Positions 63,840 to 64,000 of a stretch of DNA of 64,000 bases are shown here, piece after piece. The notes beneath the pieces were generated by a model that searched no databases, was not told where the DNA came from, and saw nothing but the letters and a program-made list of their open reading frames with translations. Position 1 is the first letter of the stretch; the number at the start of each line of letters is the position of its first letter. The stretch lies in NCBI GenBank assembly GCA_010405405.1, contig MU004236.1, forward strand, positions 1,804,070-1,868,069. Direction: 5' to 3'. The translations under genes were made by a program, and so were the position numbers. This DNA comes from Microthyrium microscopicum (taxonomy: Eukaryota).

Positions 63840-64000
63840 TTACAATCGTGAACTCTCCCCAATAGCATAAAACTCCACCTCCCCAATCATCGTCCTCGCC
63901 GGAATAGTAACACAAATCGGAAAATCCCCATAATCCGGATCCTCATTCGGCATAACCGCCACCAACCCACCCCTCGTCTCATCACCATTCAGCGTCCTCA
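63840..64000 (-). CDS. 3' end of a gene entering from the right; product unknown, ends in PTS1-like SRL
   Basis: Open frame ...RTLNGDETRGGLVAVMPNEDPDYGDFPICVTIPARTMIGEVEFYAIGESSRL*, with the stop at 63840-63842. Confidence 0.65.
   Translation of the reverse strand, partial: RTLNGDETRGGLVAVMPNEDPDYGDFPICVTIPARTMIGEVEFYAIGESSRL

Overview
Genomic DNA of a filamentous ascomycete (Pezizomycotina-type): short GT-AG introns with CTRAC branch sites, and AT-rich relics bearing the signature of repeat-induced point mutation (RIP). About 16 protein-coding loci plus one probable pseudogene can be read. The left 17 kb is rich in cell-surface and cell-wall genes. These are a secreted heme peroxidase (partial), a membrane-anchored GH16 beta-glucanase divergent from a processive-type GT2 glycosyltransferase, a secreted two-WSC-domain protein, a Cys-rich 7TM-like protein, a DUF3669 kinase-like protein and a CFEM single-pass protein. 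Next come an F-box protein, a secreted carboxylesterase, a large conserved hypothetical protein, a bacterial-type (FMP-like) heme-binding protein, SNU66/SART-1, an RCC1-like protein and a GFA pseudogene. 43.9-55.9 kb is a RIP-destroyed nest: a complete Ty3/Gypsy chromovirus (318-bp LTRs, AATTC target duplication, about 3 kb unexplained after pol) inside a ~3.2-kb TIR DNA transposon. The right end holds a conserved hypothetical protein, an OPT peptide transporter, a small AT-rich relic with a tRNA-like end, and the 3' end of a gene ending in a PTS1. The most interesting observations are the candidate GT2/GH16/WSC glucan synthesis-remodelling cluster and related fold-back elements inside unusually long introns of unrelated genes. 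All calls were made by eye; no database search was run.
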